A DNA stretch of 56,514 nucleotides, filler included, from Sluysia triapertura (GCA_046118255.1; 4 parts of 4 records of this genome joined end to end with filler, not necessarily neighbours in it), one strand, 5' to 3'; numbered from the whole stretch's first letter, positions 1 through 13,510 are shown. Program-made: numbers and translations. The notes: generated by a model not told the origin, from the letters alone.

Positions 1-234
1 TTTCATCAGTTATTTTAATCTCGAAAATCACAGTAAAATTGAAATGGGACTCTTATTTTCGGACAGAGGGAGTATTAATTAAAGAAAAAAGTTTTTGCAT
101 CAAGATTAGGAAATTTTTTGTGTCAGGATTTGATTAATAAACCTGAGACAGTCTTAGGATATAAAACATTGATTTCAGGCGGATCCAGAATTAAAATAAA
201 AATCAAATTTCTAGATTCGAGAAGAAATCGCAGC

Positions 235-558
235 ATATGGTACTTCAAACTTTACAAGTGAAGTCTTTGAATTGGTAGCCAATATCTTTAATATATTGAG
301 AATCTATACTTCCTCTTATAACCCTCAAACAGGTGGTCTTGTTGAGAGATTTAATATAACTTGTTACAATATTATGTAAATGATAGACAAACTAAATGGG
401 ATTTATATACGGCAGCGTATAATTTTACACCTTTCTACTTAATGTTAGGAAGACATACTGACATGCCTGTAGATTTTGACTGGATTCCAGCGACTTCGCA
501 ATACTTAGAAATTCCAGAATGTCACATTAATGAGCAAAAATTTACAAAGTACCTATAA
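235..558 (+). pseudogene. Ty3/Gypsy integrase remnant (same family as the 10.8-16.8 kb element)
   Basis: Translates to ..NFTSEVF..LRIYTSSYNPQTGGLVERFN..YVNDRQTKWDLY..FTPFYLMLGRHTDMPVDFDWIP, closely matching ORF 12091..13074; has internal deletions. Confidence 0.85.
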
Positions 559-3419
559 ACGCACGAGTTTAAAGTGAGATGTTTTCGAAATTGACGGTCA
601 TAAGGGTTCCGATGAAGTACTTCATAATAAATTTCGCAATCAGTACTTAATTACTTGCTAACTGACGTATTAAATTTTAATAAGTTATCCTGATGGATAA
701 ACATTTATGTTTTGAAATTTTTTATTGACAACATTCATGCATTTTAAAATAATAATTTTTGTACAATCTTAAAATAAATAATAAATAAATAAATAGTAAA
801 CTTTATTGGTTTATATACATATTTCAATAAATAACAAATGATGATAAAGCAAGTAAAATAAACTTTAACTAATTCTTTATTTGAAAATTTACAATCAAAA
901 TGATAAATAAATTCATATACAATATTAATTAAAGGTTAAAAACAAAATAAAATTGAATCTTGCATTTATTATCTACAATAGTAAGTTTCTCTTCAAAAGA
1001 CATTTGATCCAACATTTATATTTCGCTTTTCTATTTTGAATCCTATAAACTCAGTACGTAATTTATTTTGTAACAATTGTAAAATAAGTCATTTCATGTT
1101 TTGAATTATGTATTGTTGATACATTAATAATACAGACTTATATCTCGCGCTTAATTTCATATTTGTTTTAAAATTGGGCGCATTTAGATTCAAATATATT
1201 ATCAATAGATAATTTACAAAATTAAAATATAAATGTTTCATGCAAGACTCAATATGGTTTGAATAATCTTCAGAATTTGAAAAATTAACATGCTTTAAAA
1301 TATTATTTTCACTGACACAAACATAAAATAAAATTCGATAATCGTTTCAACCATACATGATATTTGAAGTTGTTCTGGTAGACATTGTTTTGAAAACGTA
1401 GATAAATAAAATTTACCTATTGTGTTTACAATTAGTGTGTTTAAATTTTGAGTTCACTACATTTACAAATAAGATATTCTCAAGAATTACATAAAGATGC
1501 ACAAAAAAGCTAAGTAACACAATTTTGAAATAGGAGATAAAGTTCTAATAGATTATCCATTAACAAGACATGGTCAGTCTCATAAATTACACAAGCCTTT
1601 TAAAGAACGTTATGAAGTTATGAAAACTACCTTAACTAATTTATTTATTAAGGATTAAGGTTAACATGTAAGTTGGCACCAAAAAATGAATATAATTTGA
1701 GAAATATTCCTAAAACTGCATTAAAAATAATACCTAAAAAGATAGAGACAAACTGTACGTAATCTCTTCAGCTGTTGACAAGCAAATAATAATGATGTTG
1801 AATTCTTAAATTTGATTAACCAAGTACAAATAAATCAAAGGTGGATAAAAGCCTTGATTGAGAAAGGCACGAGTAATTCTATTGTCCAATAAAATATATC
1901 AGATACTCTAGAAATTGCTATGAGACAGCAGCCTGTGTTAAATGTTTACAGTGTCATTTATTTATGTAAATGGAATTTTTGTAATGTCAAATTACAATTT
2001 CGAAAAACAATGTTTGTTGTTCAATACTAGTGTGGGACAAAAGTCCCTATGAAGAAATAATAGGATTAGACGTGATTAAATATTTAGAGGACATAGTAAT
2101 TCGTAGTAGGCACGGTTATGTACACCTTTATAGATTTCAATAGCTCAACCAAATCCGATGCAACAAGTTTTCGTACATGGTTAAGTAGCGCCACACATAA
2201 CTCCACATTATCCAAACACAAGAAATGACATCGGAATCATCATCTATTAATGTGGATAACTCAGACATAACATCAGTCTCTTCAGGAATTGAACTGGACC
2301 GTCCAGATATTAGTGCTATCAACTCTTCGAAAATTAACTGTATTTTTATACTTTTAAAGATTCAATATATAACTATATGTAACAATATAACAATACCCAA
2401 TAATATGTAAAAATGGATTCAGTCGACTAATAATACGTAATGAAAAATTCACTAATACTAAATACGTAATTAAATATTTACTAATATTAATTAACTTCTC
2501 CAATATGAGAATATATCTTAAACTACTAAAGAATTAAAATTGATTTTGTTATTATCATCGCACAATAATCGTATAGTAGATTAGGTAATAATATGATGTC
2601 AATTTAGATATGATTTTATTACTATCATATTAAGATAGCGCAATATTACTAAAAGATTTTTATGGATTTTAACATTTACACGTAAGAAAGGTAAAAAATT
2701 ATGCATAATAATAAACTTATGGATTTTTACAAATGAGAATAACTCCATCGTTAATTGATTTAGTTATTCATTAGCACGAGTAAATACTGGAGCACTAAGA
2801 AGCAATAGTCAAAATGACGTGAATAATAATACCAAGTAATAATTGAACAGTACCGAATAGCGTTTTATTATTATTTACTTTAATTTTAATTTCAGATACC
2901 GACAAATATTACTACGTAGTCATATTGGATCAGCTGATTAAGTGTTACTCAACTACAAGATTTACTAAACATTAGCTTATAACTTATTTTTCAATATCTG
3001 TGATGCAGCTTGCTAATATTTATTTTAACTTATCTAATATGCCCAGCAAAATATACATTCTTAATTGGGTCACTTGCGTCAATATTTCATATCAATTTAG
3101 AAGATGTCACAAGATTTAACTAAATATAACCTAAGTTTAACACAGATTTTCTACATATCTTCAGGTGTTAGCATATAACGCACTTAAAGCATTTTTGATT
3201 TATAATAGAAATAGAATCAAATAGAATAAAATAGGAATAGAATAAAATCACGAATTTTCTTTATAAAAATTAATCCTTTTGTCATTTAATTTAATAGCTA
3301 AAACAAAAATTGTTGTTAGGCAAAAAAATAATTATACTTTAATAATTATAAAAATATTCATTCCATTAAAAGATGGTAAAATAAAAAATAAAATATTCTT
3401 TAATTAAAAGGAACTTTCC

Positions 3420-3905
3420 CAAAGGCTCTGATCAAAAATTTCTTCAATATGCGCAAAATATGCGGTACAATTTTCAGTAGATATATCAAAAGAAGAAGAA
3501 GAAAATGCTATTTTGTAGTTTTTCTTCTGTTCTACAATTTCTAAATTTAATCGAATTTTTTCATTTTGAAAAAAACTTCTTCAATTGGGTTTAATTGAAG
3601 CGTCTAAGGAGGTAAAAACAATCTGTAAACCTCTATATGTGCAAAATTCCGGGACCTGAGTTAATTTATGAATCGAAGCATTATCCATTATAAGAATTCT
3701 ACCGCTCTGAAGAAGTTTTTCAATAGTCTCTTGGAAAGCAGAAAAGTATGATTCCCCAGTAAAAGCCTAATCTGAAATTTTAAATTGAATTAGTGATGTT
3801 TTCGACATCGCTGCACAAATTGAAAATTTTTTATTCCTTATGGATGCGACAGTTTTGGTGGAAGTTGTCCCTTTTAAATTTCGCCCATAGCTTTTCCTTC
3901 TTATG
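3420..3905 (-). pseudogene. Tc1/IS630-like DDE transposase catalytic region, degraded
   Basis: Manual translation RKSYGR..FSICAAMS..ILIMDNASIH..(fs)..PQLNPIEEVFSK, typical DDE_3 motifs; has stops and a frameshift. Confidence 0.85.
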
Positions 3906-4547
3906 CAATATGGGATTATGTTATTTTACAGAGATTCAAATTATATAATTTGTTAAACATTGAACTCTAATTTATGTATTGAACTTTGATTTATTGGCGA
4001 ACATTTGATATATAGTTTTATATTACATTTATTTTCATGAATTATTTATGAGATTTTGGATTTTTATATTATTTTATTTTTAATCATTTAAATATTTCAT
4101 TTTGGATTTTTATAAATTTTATTGAAAAATCAAGAGTTACCGAGTTTATATTTAAACTTTATAAAATTTATTGATGTTAAAATAAACATAAATTATTGAA
4201 CATTCATTAATAACATTTACTAAAAACACCTAAAATTTTTTTTATTGTTACTTGAACATACTATGCTCCGTCCTTCATAGAATCCTGTAAATCAAATTAT
4301 GAAATTGTTAAAATCAAAATCGAGAATCATAAAATGTTTAAAAAAATTTACTTTATTAAAGTTATTATTGAGATAATAAAAAGACCCTCATGATTTCTCT
4401 TTGCATTGATCAGACTGTGAACATAATTTTTCTTCATACATTCCAAAAATTGGTTTCAGCTCGTTCAATCCATATGCATACAGACAAAGATATGCATATT
4501 CGACACATTAACCCGATGATCTGGTTTGATAAGGGCAAAATGCACAT

Positions 4548-4877
4548 TTAAAAAAAACTTACTGTTTTATCTGTAAAATTGTTGACTTGTTGATAAGACG
4601 TTAGTAACCTCAAACTCGAATTAATTGTATTTGGAGCATCATTATAATCGTTCATGTTATACTTTATAAGGTTCGTAAACGATATAGATTCATTTTGTTT
4701 GATTTCACATTTAGCTGTTTTTGAGACGAATTTATCAAATGGATCTTTGGAAGATGAAAATTTATTTAAAATATTTTGTGAACTTATGAAACGGGTTATC
4801 TTTTTATTACACTGATTACGTAATAAATCATTGTACTTAATTTCATCATAATCATTTGGTATCACTTTAACAGGCAT
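4548..4877 (-). CDS. Orphan ORF downstream of repeat copy A (probable cargo fragment)
   Basis: 109-aa ATG-initiated ORF with no recognisable domain. Confidence 0.25.
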   Translation of the reverse strand: MPVKVIPNDYDEIKYNDLLRNQCNKKITRFISSQNILNKFSSSKDPFDKFVSKTAKCEIKQNESISFTNLIKYNMNDYNDAPNTINSSLRLLTSYQQVNNFTDKTVSFF

Positions 4878-5349
4878 TTGAAGATTTTAAAATCTGGTAA
4901 ATTGACACTTTACATAGATTTTTCTAAGAATGTAGATTTCACGTAAAATAATCTTTGTTTTTGTTAATGATTTAGATAAACTGTTTTTGAATAATCAGTT
5001 ATCGAAACATTAATAAAATTGATTTGTACAGCAAAAAATATGATTATCAAAAAGTTCTTAATTGATATATATGATTTTCTAAAGTTAAATCAAAATAACT
5101 AATTGTGGTGCTTACAAAATTTTCTAAATATTTAATTATTAATCAACTCTACATTTATTGAACCACAATTTTAGTTAAATTTAGGTTAATTGAGCACAAA
5201 ATTTGTATGCTGATTTATATGCTTACATCAATTTTACATCAATCTTTTTGTTGACGAATAAAAGAAGAGCATAAATTAAAGGTCATATTTTGTTTCCACA
5301 CAAATACAAATTATACGAGTTAAACCGACTGTCATCTGTTAATTTTAAT

Positions 5350-6756
5350 GAGTAAACTGTCAAAGTTGGCAGTAGTAACCAAAATGATGATAATAATGAA
5401 AATAATAATCAAAAATAATAAAATTAATAATAATAATGGTTAATAATAATAATAATAACAATTAATAAAAATCATAATAAATAAAACACATGAATCTTTT
5501 ACATATATTCTTCTTTTTTTATTAAAGTTGGAAATATTGAAAAAAATTCCATTTTGATTATAATGATGTTTTGAATTAACTTTGAAATGTAAATTTGATG
5601 ATTTTGATGTTATGAAATTGTGAACTTAAAATGTGTTGAAATGTCTAAAATTTTAAAGGTTTTGAAGTAATATGTGAAATGTTATGAAATGTAGTTTTTA
5701 GTTCTAATAGTGACATTTGAAATTAACCAATTTCTACTAAAATTCTAATAACTTTTCTGTTCTTTTCCTTTCTTTTATTTTTTGGGCACTATTTAAAATA
5801 TGCCTGTTGATTGGCACATCAATAAAATTTTTTACACTTTTATAATTATAAGATTTTTTAATATTAATAATAACAATAATGTTTCTGTTATTATTAACAC
5901 TAACTGAATGCGAAATACATAAATTCTTTATGTAATCCACTAAACTTTCTTTCTTTTATTACTTTCTGTTTAACATATTATAAATTAAAATGGAATGGTA
6001 AAAACGATAAAATTGAATTCAATAACAATAACAAGATGCACGATATTCAAGTTATTGTTGCTACTGCATTGCATGAACTTGAATTCTTTAAAACTGCACA
6101 CGATCTTCCTTTGATTTTTCGGAATTTATTGACATATTGTAATAAATTTAAAATATGTTTGGAACTAAAGTTTCTGAGTAGAAATTGCTTTGGATGAATT
6201 GGTAAGTTAGGGTTTCAAGGTATGATAGTTGATTTAAATCGTGACATGAAATAGAAAATGTTAGAATGAGTTCTTAGATGGTGATTAAAGTTCATACTTG
6301 AAAACGACATTTAAGTATTGGAAGATCGAGGATAAAAGACCTATTGAGAAGATTGTAATTTGGTAAATGTAAAAAGGCAACTACAATACAAATCTTGGTA
6401 TATTTAAAATTTATTGTGCCGTGTTTTATTGTTTTTTTTAAAAAAGGTATTGTCTTGTGTTGTTGGTGATTATGCAGAGACGAATGGTAAATTTAAGGTG
6501 TTGTTATTGATTCGGAGGTGTAAAGTAAATAATTTTAAATGTGGATATTATTTGGTTGTTAAGGGTGTTGAGTTTTAGATAAATTTGTTGGTAAAAGTTG
6601 ATGGTATTAGATGTAACTGTGGTTTGTATAGTATGAGCTTGTGAATGTAGCTTAGTTTAGGCAAATGAACTATTTTGTAATTGTGTAAATATTAAAGTGT
6701 TGAAAGTTTAATTAATTTTTTTATAATTTTAGCGGTTATAAAGGTTGTCCACCACA
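5350..6756 (-). repeat. TGTGGTGG-initiated CA-rich dispersed repeat, copy A
   Basis: Starts TGTGGTGGACAACCTTTATAACC on minus; aligns by eye over several hundred nt with 20507-21700; hairpin at ~6024-6059. Confidence 0.8.
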
Positions 6757-6759
6757 CTG

Positions 6760-7046
6760 TTAATTATTGAAATAGAACAATTTGAAGATAGTTTTTACTT
6801 TATTCTTTCCAATGTTATTGAAACATCATCTTCAATGGTACTTTTTATATAATTTATTTGATTTTCTCCGATTTTCGTCGTTCTAGTTGCACGAATGCCA
6901 GGTTTGTCAGTTCTTCCAAACTTTTTAAAAACACTAATTACAGAATACATTGTTTTAGAATTTATATTAAAATCTAAAGATATTTCCTTTATTGTTTTTC
7001 CGTTTTCAAACCTTCTAATTTCATTATTAACTGCTGAGTTTTTCAT
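6760..7046 (-). pseudogene. Tc1-like transposase N-terminal HTH DNA-binding region
   Basis: RRFENGKTIKEISLDFNINSKTMYSVISVFKKFG..SITLERIK..ISIITV, paired-HTH pattern of IS630/Tc1 transposases. Confidence 0.7.
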
Positions 7047-7750
7047 TTATAACTTATAGCCTAAAAATCCGGATTAAATTAATTGACAAAGGATTAAATT
7101 AAATGACAAGAGCTTAAATTAAATGAAAAACCCTATATCTATGAAATATGTTAATTAATTAAATTAGAAATCCTTATCGAGACTGCGTAAATAAAAAAGG
7201 AATTTGGAAAATAAATTCTTTTAATATGCAATATTGTTTGTTACTGGATACTGAAATAAATAGTAGATTTGTTATTTTGAGCTTTGCTTTGATTGGGCAT
7301 TTGATTGTCAAAGTCACTTTTACTTAAGAATCTCTTCCATTTTCATATATAATTATGAATTAATAAACCTATTTCAATAATAAATTCTACTTATATGGTT
7401 GGTTTAGATTTAAATTTAAGTCAAAATAAACTAAACTGAACTATATTTAAGTGCTATGCATACATAATCATTAAAATAAGTTTAATTTCAATTATTGAAA
7501 GATTGTAAATTCTTTTTTACTTCAAAAGTACATTTTAAAACCAAATAAAAATAATTTATGATATGAGCTTTACTATAGTTGATTGATTGTATTTTTTATT
7601 GGACAATTACTTAATTATAAATTAAACATACTAATTTTATAGTAGCATAATAATACTAATTTTTAAAGAGTCAATATATTAAAATTTTTTGATGATTTAC
7701 GAGTTTGAAACAAATTAAATGAGTTAAAAGTATCATTATACTTTCAATTT

Positions 7751-7978
7751 ATGATGAATCTATATGTTTTATTATTATGGTTCATCCAGTTTCAAATTTA
7801 CATTTACAATGTCTTAGCAGAATGTATCGTTACTTCAGGTAACAAAAGTAGAATATATCAAATTCATGAATCATGGAATAATGAACAAAATTGTGCTTGC
7901 AAATGTGTTCTTATCCAGGAAAATAAATACGTTGTTATGTGCGATTGTCCAGATCAAAATCCGAGTAAGAATGGTTAG
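7751..7978 (+). CDS. Small secreted Cys-rich protein (VWC/SVWC-like spacing); possibly a first exon
   Basis: Hydrophobic N-terminus ending VLA-E, then C..G..Y...ESW....C.C.C.........C.C. Confidence 0.4.
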   Translation: MMNLYVLLLWFIQFQIYIYNVLAECIVTSGNKSRIYQIHESWNNEQNCACKCVLIQENKYVVMCDCPDQNPSKNG

Positions 7979-9317
7979 AATTAATAATTTTTGATGTAAT
8001 ATTTATTTAATTCTTCAATTAAGTATAAATAAATTTTATTTCAATGATGGAAAAAATACGGATTGAATGGAAACACCATAAAAGCACGTAACGTTAATAA
8101 AATAAAAATGAATACTAATATAAAATAAATCATACATAATAATTAGATTAAGTTACCAAAATTATAATATAGAATAAAATAACTATTGTGTAGAAATAGT
8201 ATGAAATTAACTATTTTGAGCCATAAAATCACAAAAAACAGAAAGAGATCATTCGAGTACATTTAATAGAATAAAATTGGCTAGAGTGAAATTGACTAAC
8301 TATAAAATATTTATTATAAAAGGCAATTATTGGCTATGGAATAATATTAGTGAAGACAGTATATAATACGTCATTGATAAAATTACAATTTTGATTTATT
8401 GTTGTAAAACTAAAATTTTGTTAGGCTTTTACGCATAAATACATTATCTTTAGATAAAATACTTTTCAAAAGGTATAAAAAAATTATAGATATAATTAAG
8501 TCTGCTCTTTTAAGAAATGGTAAATTTTTTAATTATTTGTATTGCTTAACAGCAATTTGGTAAAATATTTTAGTGATCTTATTTGAAACTATTATAGCAC
8601 ATCATCTCTATCAACAAAGAGGAGTTAAACGAACGTTAACTTAAAAGTGATTTGATGACCTACAGTTTTAAACTTATAATTTGACTTATCTTTTTAGAAA
8701 TAAGTAGGATAATTGAAAACAATTTATGAATAACTTTAATAATAGAAATTGAATAAAACTTATTGTCTCTAGTTACTAATTATTGACAAAGATCATGTAA
8801 AAGAAAATAAAATTCACGAGACTTTATCACCATTTTAAATAAAGTATACCTTTTTTAGTTTATGCCATATTTGGTGGTGTGTTATTTGCATCTTAATTTA
8901 TGAAATCATGCAAAAATTAAGTTGCCATGTTTTATGTTCATTGATATTTTCATTTACATTAATTATACATTACACACTGTATGCTCGTGGATTGCAGATG
9001 TTGGGAAGAACTCGATATCAAAATAATTGTAAAGTCTGTTAAGAAATGACATTTTCAAACACCATGCGTGGAGACACTGCAACAGAGAACTCTGTTAATG
9101 AAGAATTTCATTTATTATATTAATGAGCAAGGATGTCATTAGGTGCTCAAAATATTTCCGAAATATAGTGACGGAAAAGAACTTGAATAAATACTCCTGA
9201 TATATCTTAATAATTTTATGAAATACCAAGTGTTATAAAGTAAATTAATTCACGTAATAATTAAAATGAAATGAGGTATAATATATACAATCGGATAAGT
9301 TTTTTTTTAAATTAACT

Positions 9318-10060
9318 TAGCCCATTCGCCTAATATCCAGGCTTTATACCAATTCTGGAGACGTGCTATTAGGATTTAAACTTATCAAAGAAAACTTAAG
9401 TTTAAACTAAACTTAAAGTGAGTGTATTAACTCTTCACAAATTTAATGTTAAATTACGCTAATTTTATATTATGTCACACTAGCCTTAAAGTCTAGTTTA
9501 AAAAATTATAAATAACACAAGCCTTTTTAAGGACTTGTACAAAACAATTTAATGATTTTAAATAATTACTCTAGCCTTATTAAGGTCTAGTGTTCCGGAA
9601 AATGATTTTATCGTAATCAATAATAAGAAAGATTTCAACCAACGTATATTCTAAAAACTAAAGATTACAACTATTATGTCAAACGATATAATAATAAAAT
9701 TTAAAAGATCCATTCAATTCCTGTTGTTGATATTAAAATTTAAACTTAATTATGCAAGCCGTATGAAGGTCTAGCTTTTAAAAAATAAATTAAATCGTTT
9801 AAGTCAAGATTTTTTATTCATATTTATAGTTAATTACAACAACTTGTAAAATAAAAATTACGTTTGCACGGAAAATAATTTTTATTTAAAATCTGTTTTT
9901 CCTTGCTACTAAAATTGTTGTCTTCCTTGGAAAAATTTGTAATCTAAATTTATTCTGCAACCTTGTCAAAATTTATTGTATTGTTTCATGCTAAAATCCT
10001 AATTACTTACCTTACCTCCATATTGAATTTTATTTCATTAATGCAGTGAAACAATTAAAA
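9318..10060 (-). repeat. Non-autonomous TIR-type repeat family (TAGAGG/TAGGG terminus, hAT-like) with internal GACCGTAAAAAGGCT-like motifs
   Basis: Reverse-complement similarity to 37130-37715 and 40900-41425; terminal GTCAGTTCGCCTAATA..TATACCAA also at 33342-33392. Confidence 0.6.
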
Positions 10061-10813
10061 TTTAAAGCAAAGAAAAATTAAAATATTTTTTCTTTTAAAA
10101 TTTATTACAGATATTTATTTTTTGAAATTTTATAAAAATTTTATTCTTATTAAAAATTTAATTTAATATTTTATTAATTTGTTTTATGTTAAAAATATTT
10201 AATTTAATATTTTATTAATATTTATTAATATTTTATTTAATATTTTATTACTATTTTATATTTTTATAATAAAAATAATTTTTTTACAAAATGTATAAAT
10301 ATAAAATATAGAAAACAAAATTTCAACCTGACAATAGTAATGTGAAGTTAAACGGAAGTTCTCGTATTTTACATTAAATATCTATACTGGTGGTGTTTTA
10401 GGGATACTGGGTTATGTGTTTTTTGTAGTTGAATATAATATTTTAATTGTGGACACTAATTGTTGTTGAATTCGGACACTTGTTCATTATTATGTAAGTG
10501 TTGTTAAATTCAGTAATATTAAATTAGAAGCGTCTGACTTAAATAATGCAAAGCTTATTAAGAATGTCGTGGTTAAGTTTCATATTACTGAATTTTTATA
10601 ATCTACGACGCATGGTAAAATTTGAAAATGGTGAATATATTAATTTTGATTTCTTCCATATTGATTATAGACTATCTTTCTTGCGGATAGTCAGTATCAA
10701 TGAAAGGGCGTGTGCCCAAATAATGATTGAATATTCACCTAATTCACCTACTTTGGTAAAATTTAACTCAATTAAAAATTAAGTTCGTTATTTAATCGTT
10801 ATAATTATGGTTC

Positions 10814-11131
10814 TGTAACTCTATAGGTGTTACCGATACTAACTTATTTAAGTTGTTTACAAATTAATTTAATCGAAAATATTTCATGTCGCGGGTCGCA
10901 TACTTGTCTCAGTTCGAGGTAGAAGTGCTTTATAACTAATTTATTCTTTAAAATCGTATCTAGTTAAACTCCTGCTATGGTCTGAGTATGTCTTGATCAG
11001 CTTTGCTTTGTTATGCTTTATTTTAATCCTATTCTACGAAATTTTGTTATACTTTTAAAATAATCGTAATCTATCGTAAGGGAATTTTTATTTTGTATTT
11101 TTTACTTGTAAAACTTTGACCTTATCTTACA
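10814..11131 (-). repeat. Candidate 3' LTR
   Basis: Minus strand TGTAAG...GTTACA (TGTAA/TTACA inverted ends), preceded by purine-rich AAAGAAGGGATTGGG; internal AATAAA; no second copy in the window. Confidence 0.4.
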
Positions 11132-11743
11132 GATCTATACCCAATCCCTTCTTTATTGTTACTCAAAGAAACGAAGTGAGACTACAAACAATTTATTTCA
11201 AATAAAATAATTGAGATAAAACCATTTTAATGATATAATGCTATTACAATGTAATTCAATTAAAATAATTATTATAATTATAAAATATAGTTAAACTTTT
11301 CAATTTTCAGTTGGTCATTAAGATCAATTATAAAATACCACCAAACTGTAAAATAACTATTATTTCTATTGTTCCTTAAGATCAATAATACAATATTGTC
11401 AAATATATTGAGCCTTCGGACTAGATCGAATTAAAATATTATTGCTATTATTATTATTATATAATTTTGTTTACATTATTAAACTGTTTGTTTTTTACTA
11501 CTCTATGTATTTATCGTAATTTTTGGCAACATATTTTGACATTCTTGATAATAAACTTTTGGTAACGTTTGTTGTTATTTATAATTTGATATAAGCGTAT
11601 AATTAACATTTGCGTTGTTCTTAGAACCTACATATTTAAGGTTGTTTGACATTACTATCTAAGATAAAATTATACGAGTTTTGACATATCGTTATTCTTT
11701 AGGCATACTTTCACGTTATTTACAGATACGTCATTGGTAAGTA

Positions 11744-12087
11744 TGTTGTGTCTTTTAATATTTTTCTCTTCCCAAATTATTAAATCAAAAATCAACCATT
11801 GAATAAACTCAAAACCTCAGTGTATTTGGTNNNNNNNNNNNNNNNNNNNNNNNNNNNNNNNNNNNNNNNNNNNNTTAATTAATTAANNNNNNNNNNNNNN
11901 NNNNNNNNNNNNNNNNNNNNNNNNNNNNNNTATCGTCATTTTTATAGAGACAATTCGTATTATTATAATTTATATAATCTGATTGTAGTTTTGATATTAT
12001 ATCAAATATACTGAGGTTTTGAGTTTATTCAATTATTGATTTTTGATTTAATAATTTGGGAAGATAAAAATATTAAAAGACACAACA
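11744..12087. mobile_element. TIR element (TGTTGTGTC... termini, TIR at least ~85 nt) inserted 3' of the Gypsy ORF; interior lies in the assembly gap
   Basis: 11744-11830 is the near-perfect reverse complement of ~12001-12087; flanked by direct GTA(T); an uninterrupted paralogous site is at ~44592-44635. Confidence 0.65.
11831..11930. other. Assembly spacer (N44 TTAATTAATTAA N44; six-frame stop linker)
   Basis: Identical artificial 100-nt block occurs three times. Confidence 0.97.
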
Positions 12088-12090
12088 GTA

Positions 12091-12432
12091 TCATAATTTC
12101 GAAATTCGAGATATTCGGTTTTGTAGGTTTGGACTTATGTATTTATCGAGTATATCCAAGTCTATTATTAAATCAAAAGGTGATTCTTTCCAAACATAGA
12201 TATATTCGTTTATTTGCTTATCTAATATATTCAGGTGTGCATGTATTGTTCCATCTATATTTATTGGCGTCCGTTGCACGTTATAAATTATTGTTGGCGG
12301 TGGGTCCAAGAACACAGTTTCCCAAGTAGTTAAAAAGTTGTAATGTATCACCGATGTGGTTGCTCCTGTATCTATAACCGCTTGAATCCATCTACCATTA
12401 AATCGTACGTTTTGGAAAATGTGTGTACGTAT
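12091..12432 (-). CDS. Second retropepsin-like aspartic protease (PR2), fused in frame C-terminal to integrase
   Basis: VRFNGRWIQAVIDTGATTSVI...DLIIDLDIL in ORF 12091..13074; DTG at ~12364-12372. Confidence 0.85.
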   Translation of the reverse strand: MRTHIFQNVRFNGRWIQAVIDTGATTSVIHYNFLTTWETVFLDPPPTIIYNVQRTPINIDGTIHAHLNILDKQINEYIYVWKESPFDLIIDLDILDKYISPNLQNRISRISKL

Positions 12433-12585
12433 TCCAGTTGATACGTGGTATATCATTATTACTTGTTTATCGACCAGTGACTGAACTGAGGATGGTAGTT
12501 CATCGCGATCTTTTGTTCTAGGTTTAATCTTTAATTTACATTTTTTAACAATTATATTTCTTAACCTATACTCATCTGTTGGTGC

Positions 12586-13510
12586 GATCTTACATCTGTT
12601 CGCATGTACTACAAAGGTTTCGGAATCTATTTTAGTAGTGTCCTTAACGAATAAATTAGTATCAGTGACTCTCATTACTTCGTACGGTCCCTTGAATGGT
12701 TTGTGTAACTTCGGTGATTGTCCTGGTTTAGTTAGCGGATATTCAACGAGTACTTTATCACCAATTTGAAAGTTGTGTTCTTTAGCTTTCTTATCATATG
12801 CATCCTTATGTGCCTCTTGTGAAAATTTTATTTGTAAACCAGCACGCTTCCACGCATCTTGTAGTCTTTCGTGCATTATTATTACATATTCTGGCATGTC
12901 CATATATTGTGATGTAGGTGGTATCCATTCTAAATCCATTGGCATATTTGAATGACGCCCGTACATTAAGTAAAATGGAGTAAAATTTGTTGCTGAACTT
13001 CTGTATGCGAATAAGCATGGTGCTATATATAAGTCCCAATTTGACTGTCTGTCGTTGACATAAGACTGAAGCATGTTTATCTCTCAACTAATCAACCAGT
13101 TTGTGGATGTTGAGGTGATGTATAAATTCTGAGAATATCAAATATTTTGACCTTGATCAGTTAATAGTTTCCGTGGTGTACCGTATCTGTATATTATTTT
13201 TTCAACAAGTATTTGTGCAACTGTTTCGGCTTTTTGATTTGGCATTGGGTATGCTTCAAGCCATTTAGTCAAATAATCATCGAATACAATAATGTATTTC
13301 CATTAATAGTTTTCGGTACCATAGGTTTGAGTGGTACCTTTGTTTTTATTCCCGTGTTTTTTCTTCCACAACAAATTGAACAATTCTTACACCATTTTCT
13401 AATATCTTCCATGTCCTCCCAATAATATTTATCTTTTATACGCAATAATGTTTTCCTCAAAGATAGATGTCCGCCTAGTTGACCATCATGAAATTGTATT
13501 AATATTGGCG
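12586..13510 (-). pseudogene. Integrase (HHCC, rve core, GPY/F module), frameshifted
   Basis: FHDGQLGGHL..YYW..CSIC; DYLTKWLEAYP..TDQG; HPQTG.LVER; TPFYLMYGR; KLHKPFKGPYEV..VHANRCK. Confidence 0.93.

Larger units (their letters stand above)
3268..7137 (-). mobile_element. IS630/Tc1/mariner transposon split by a ~2.8-kb insertion
   Basis: HTH half at 6760-7046 and DDE half at 3420-3905 on the same strand; inverted terminal motif TTAATCCTTT(T)GTCATTTAATTTAA at ~3270 and tandemly at 7071-7133; TA next to the right end. Confidence 0.6.

Noticed and set aside
11875-11886. Palindromic TTAATTAATTAA between N runs (also 33437, 44480)
   Set aside because: Artificial six-frame stop linker from assembly, not biological
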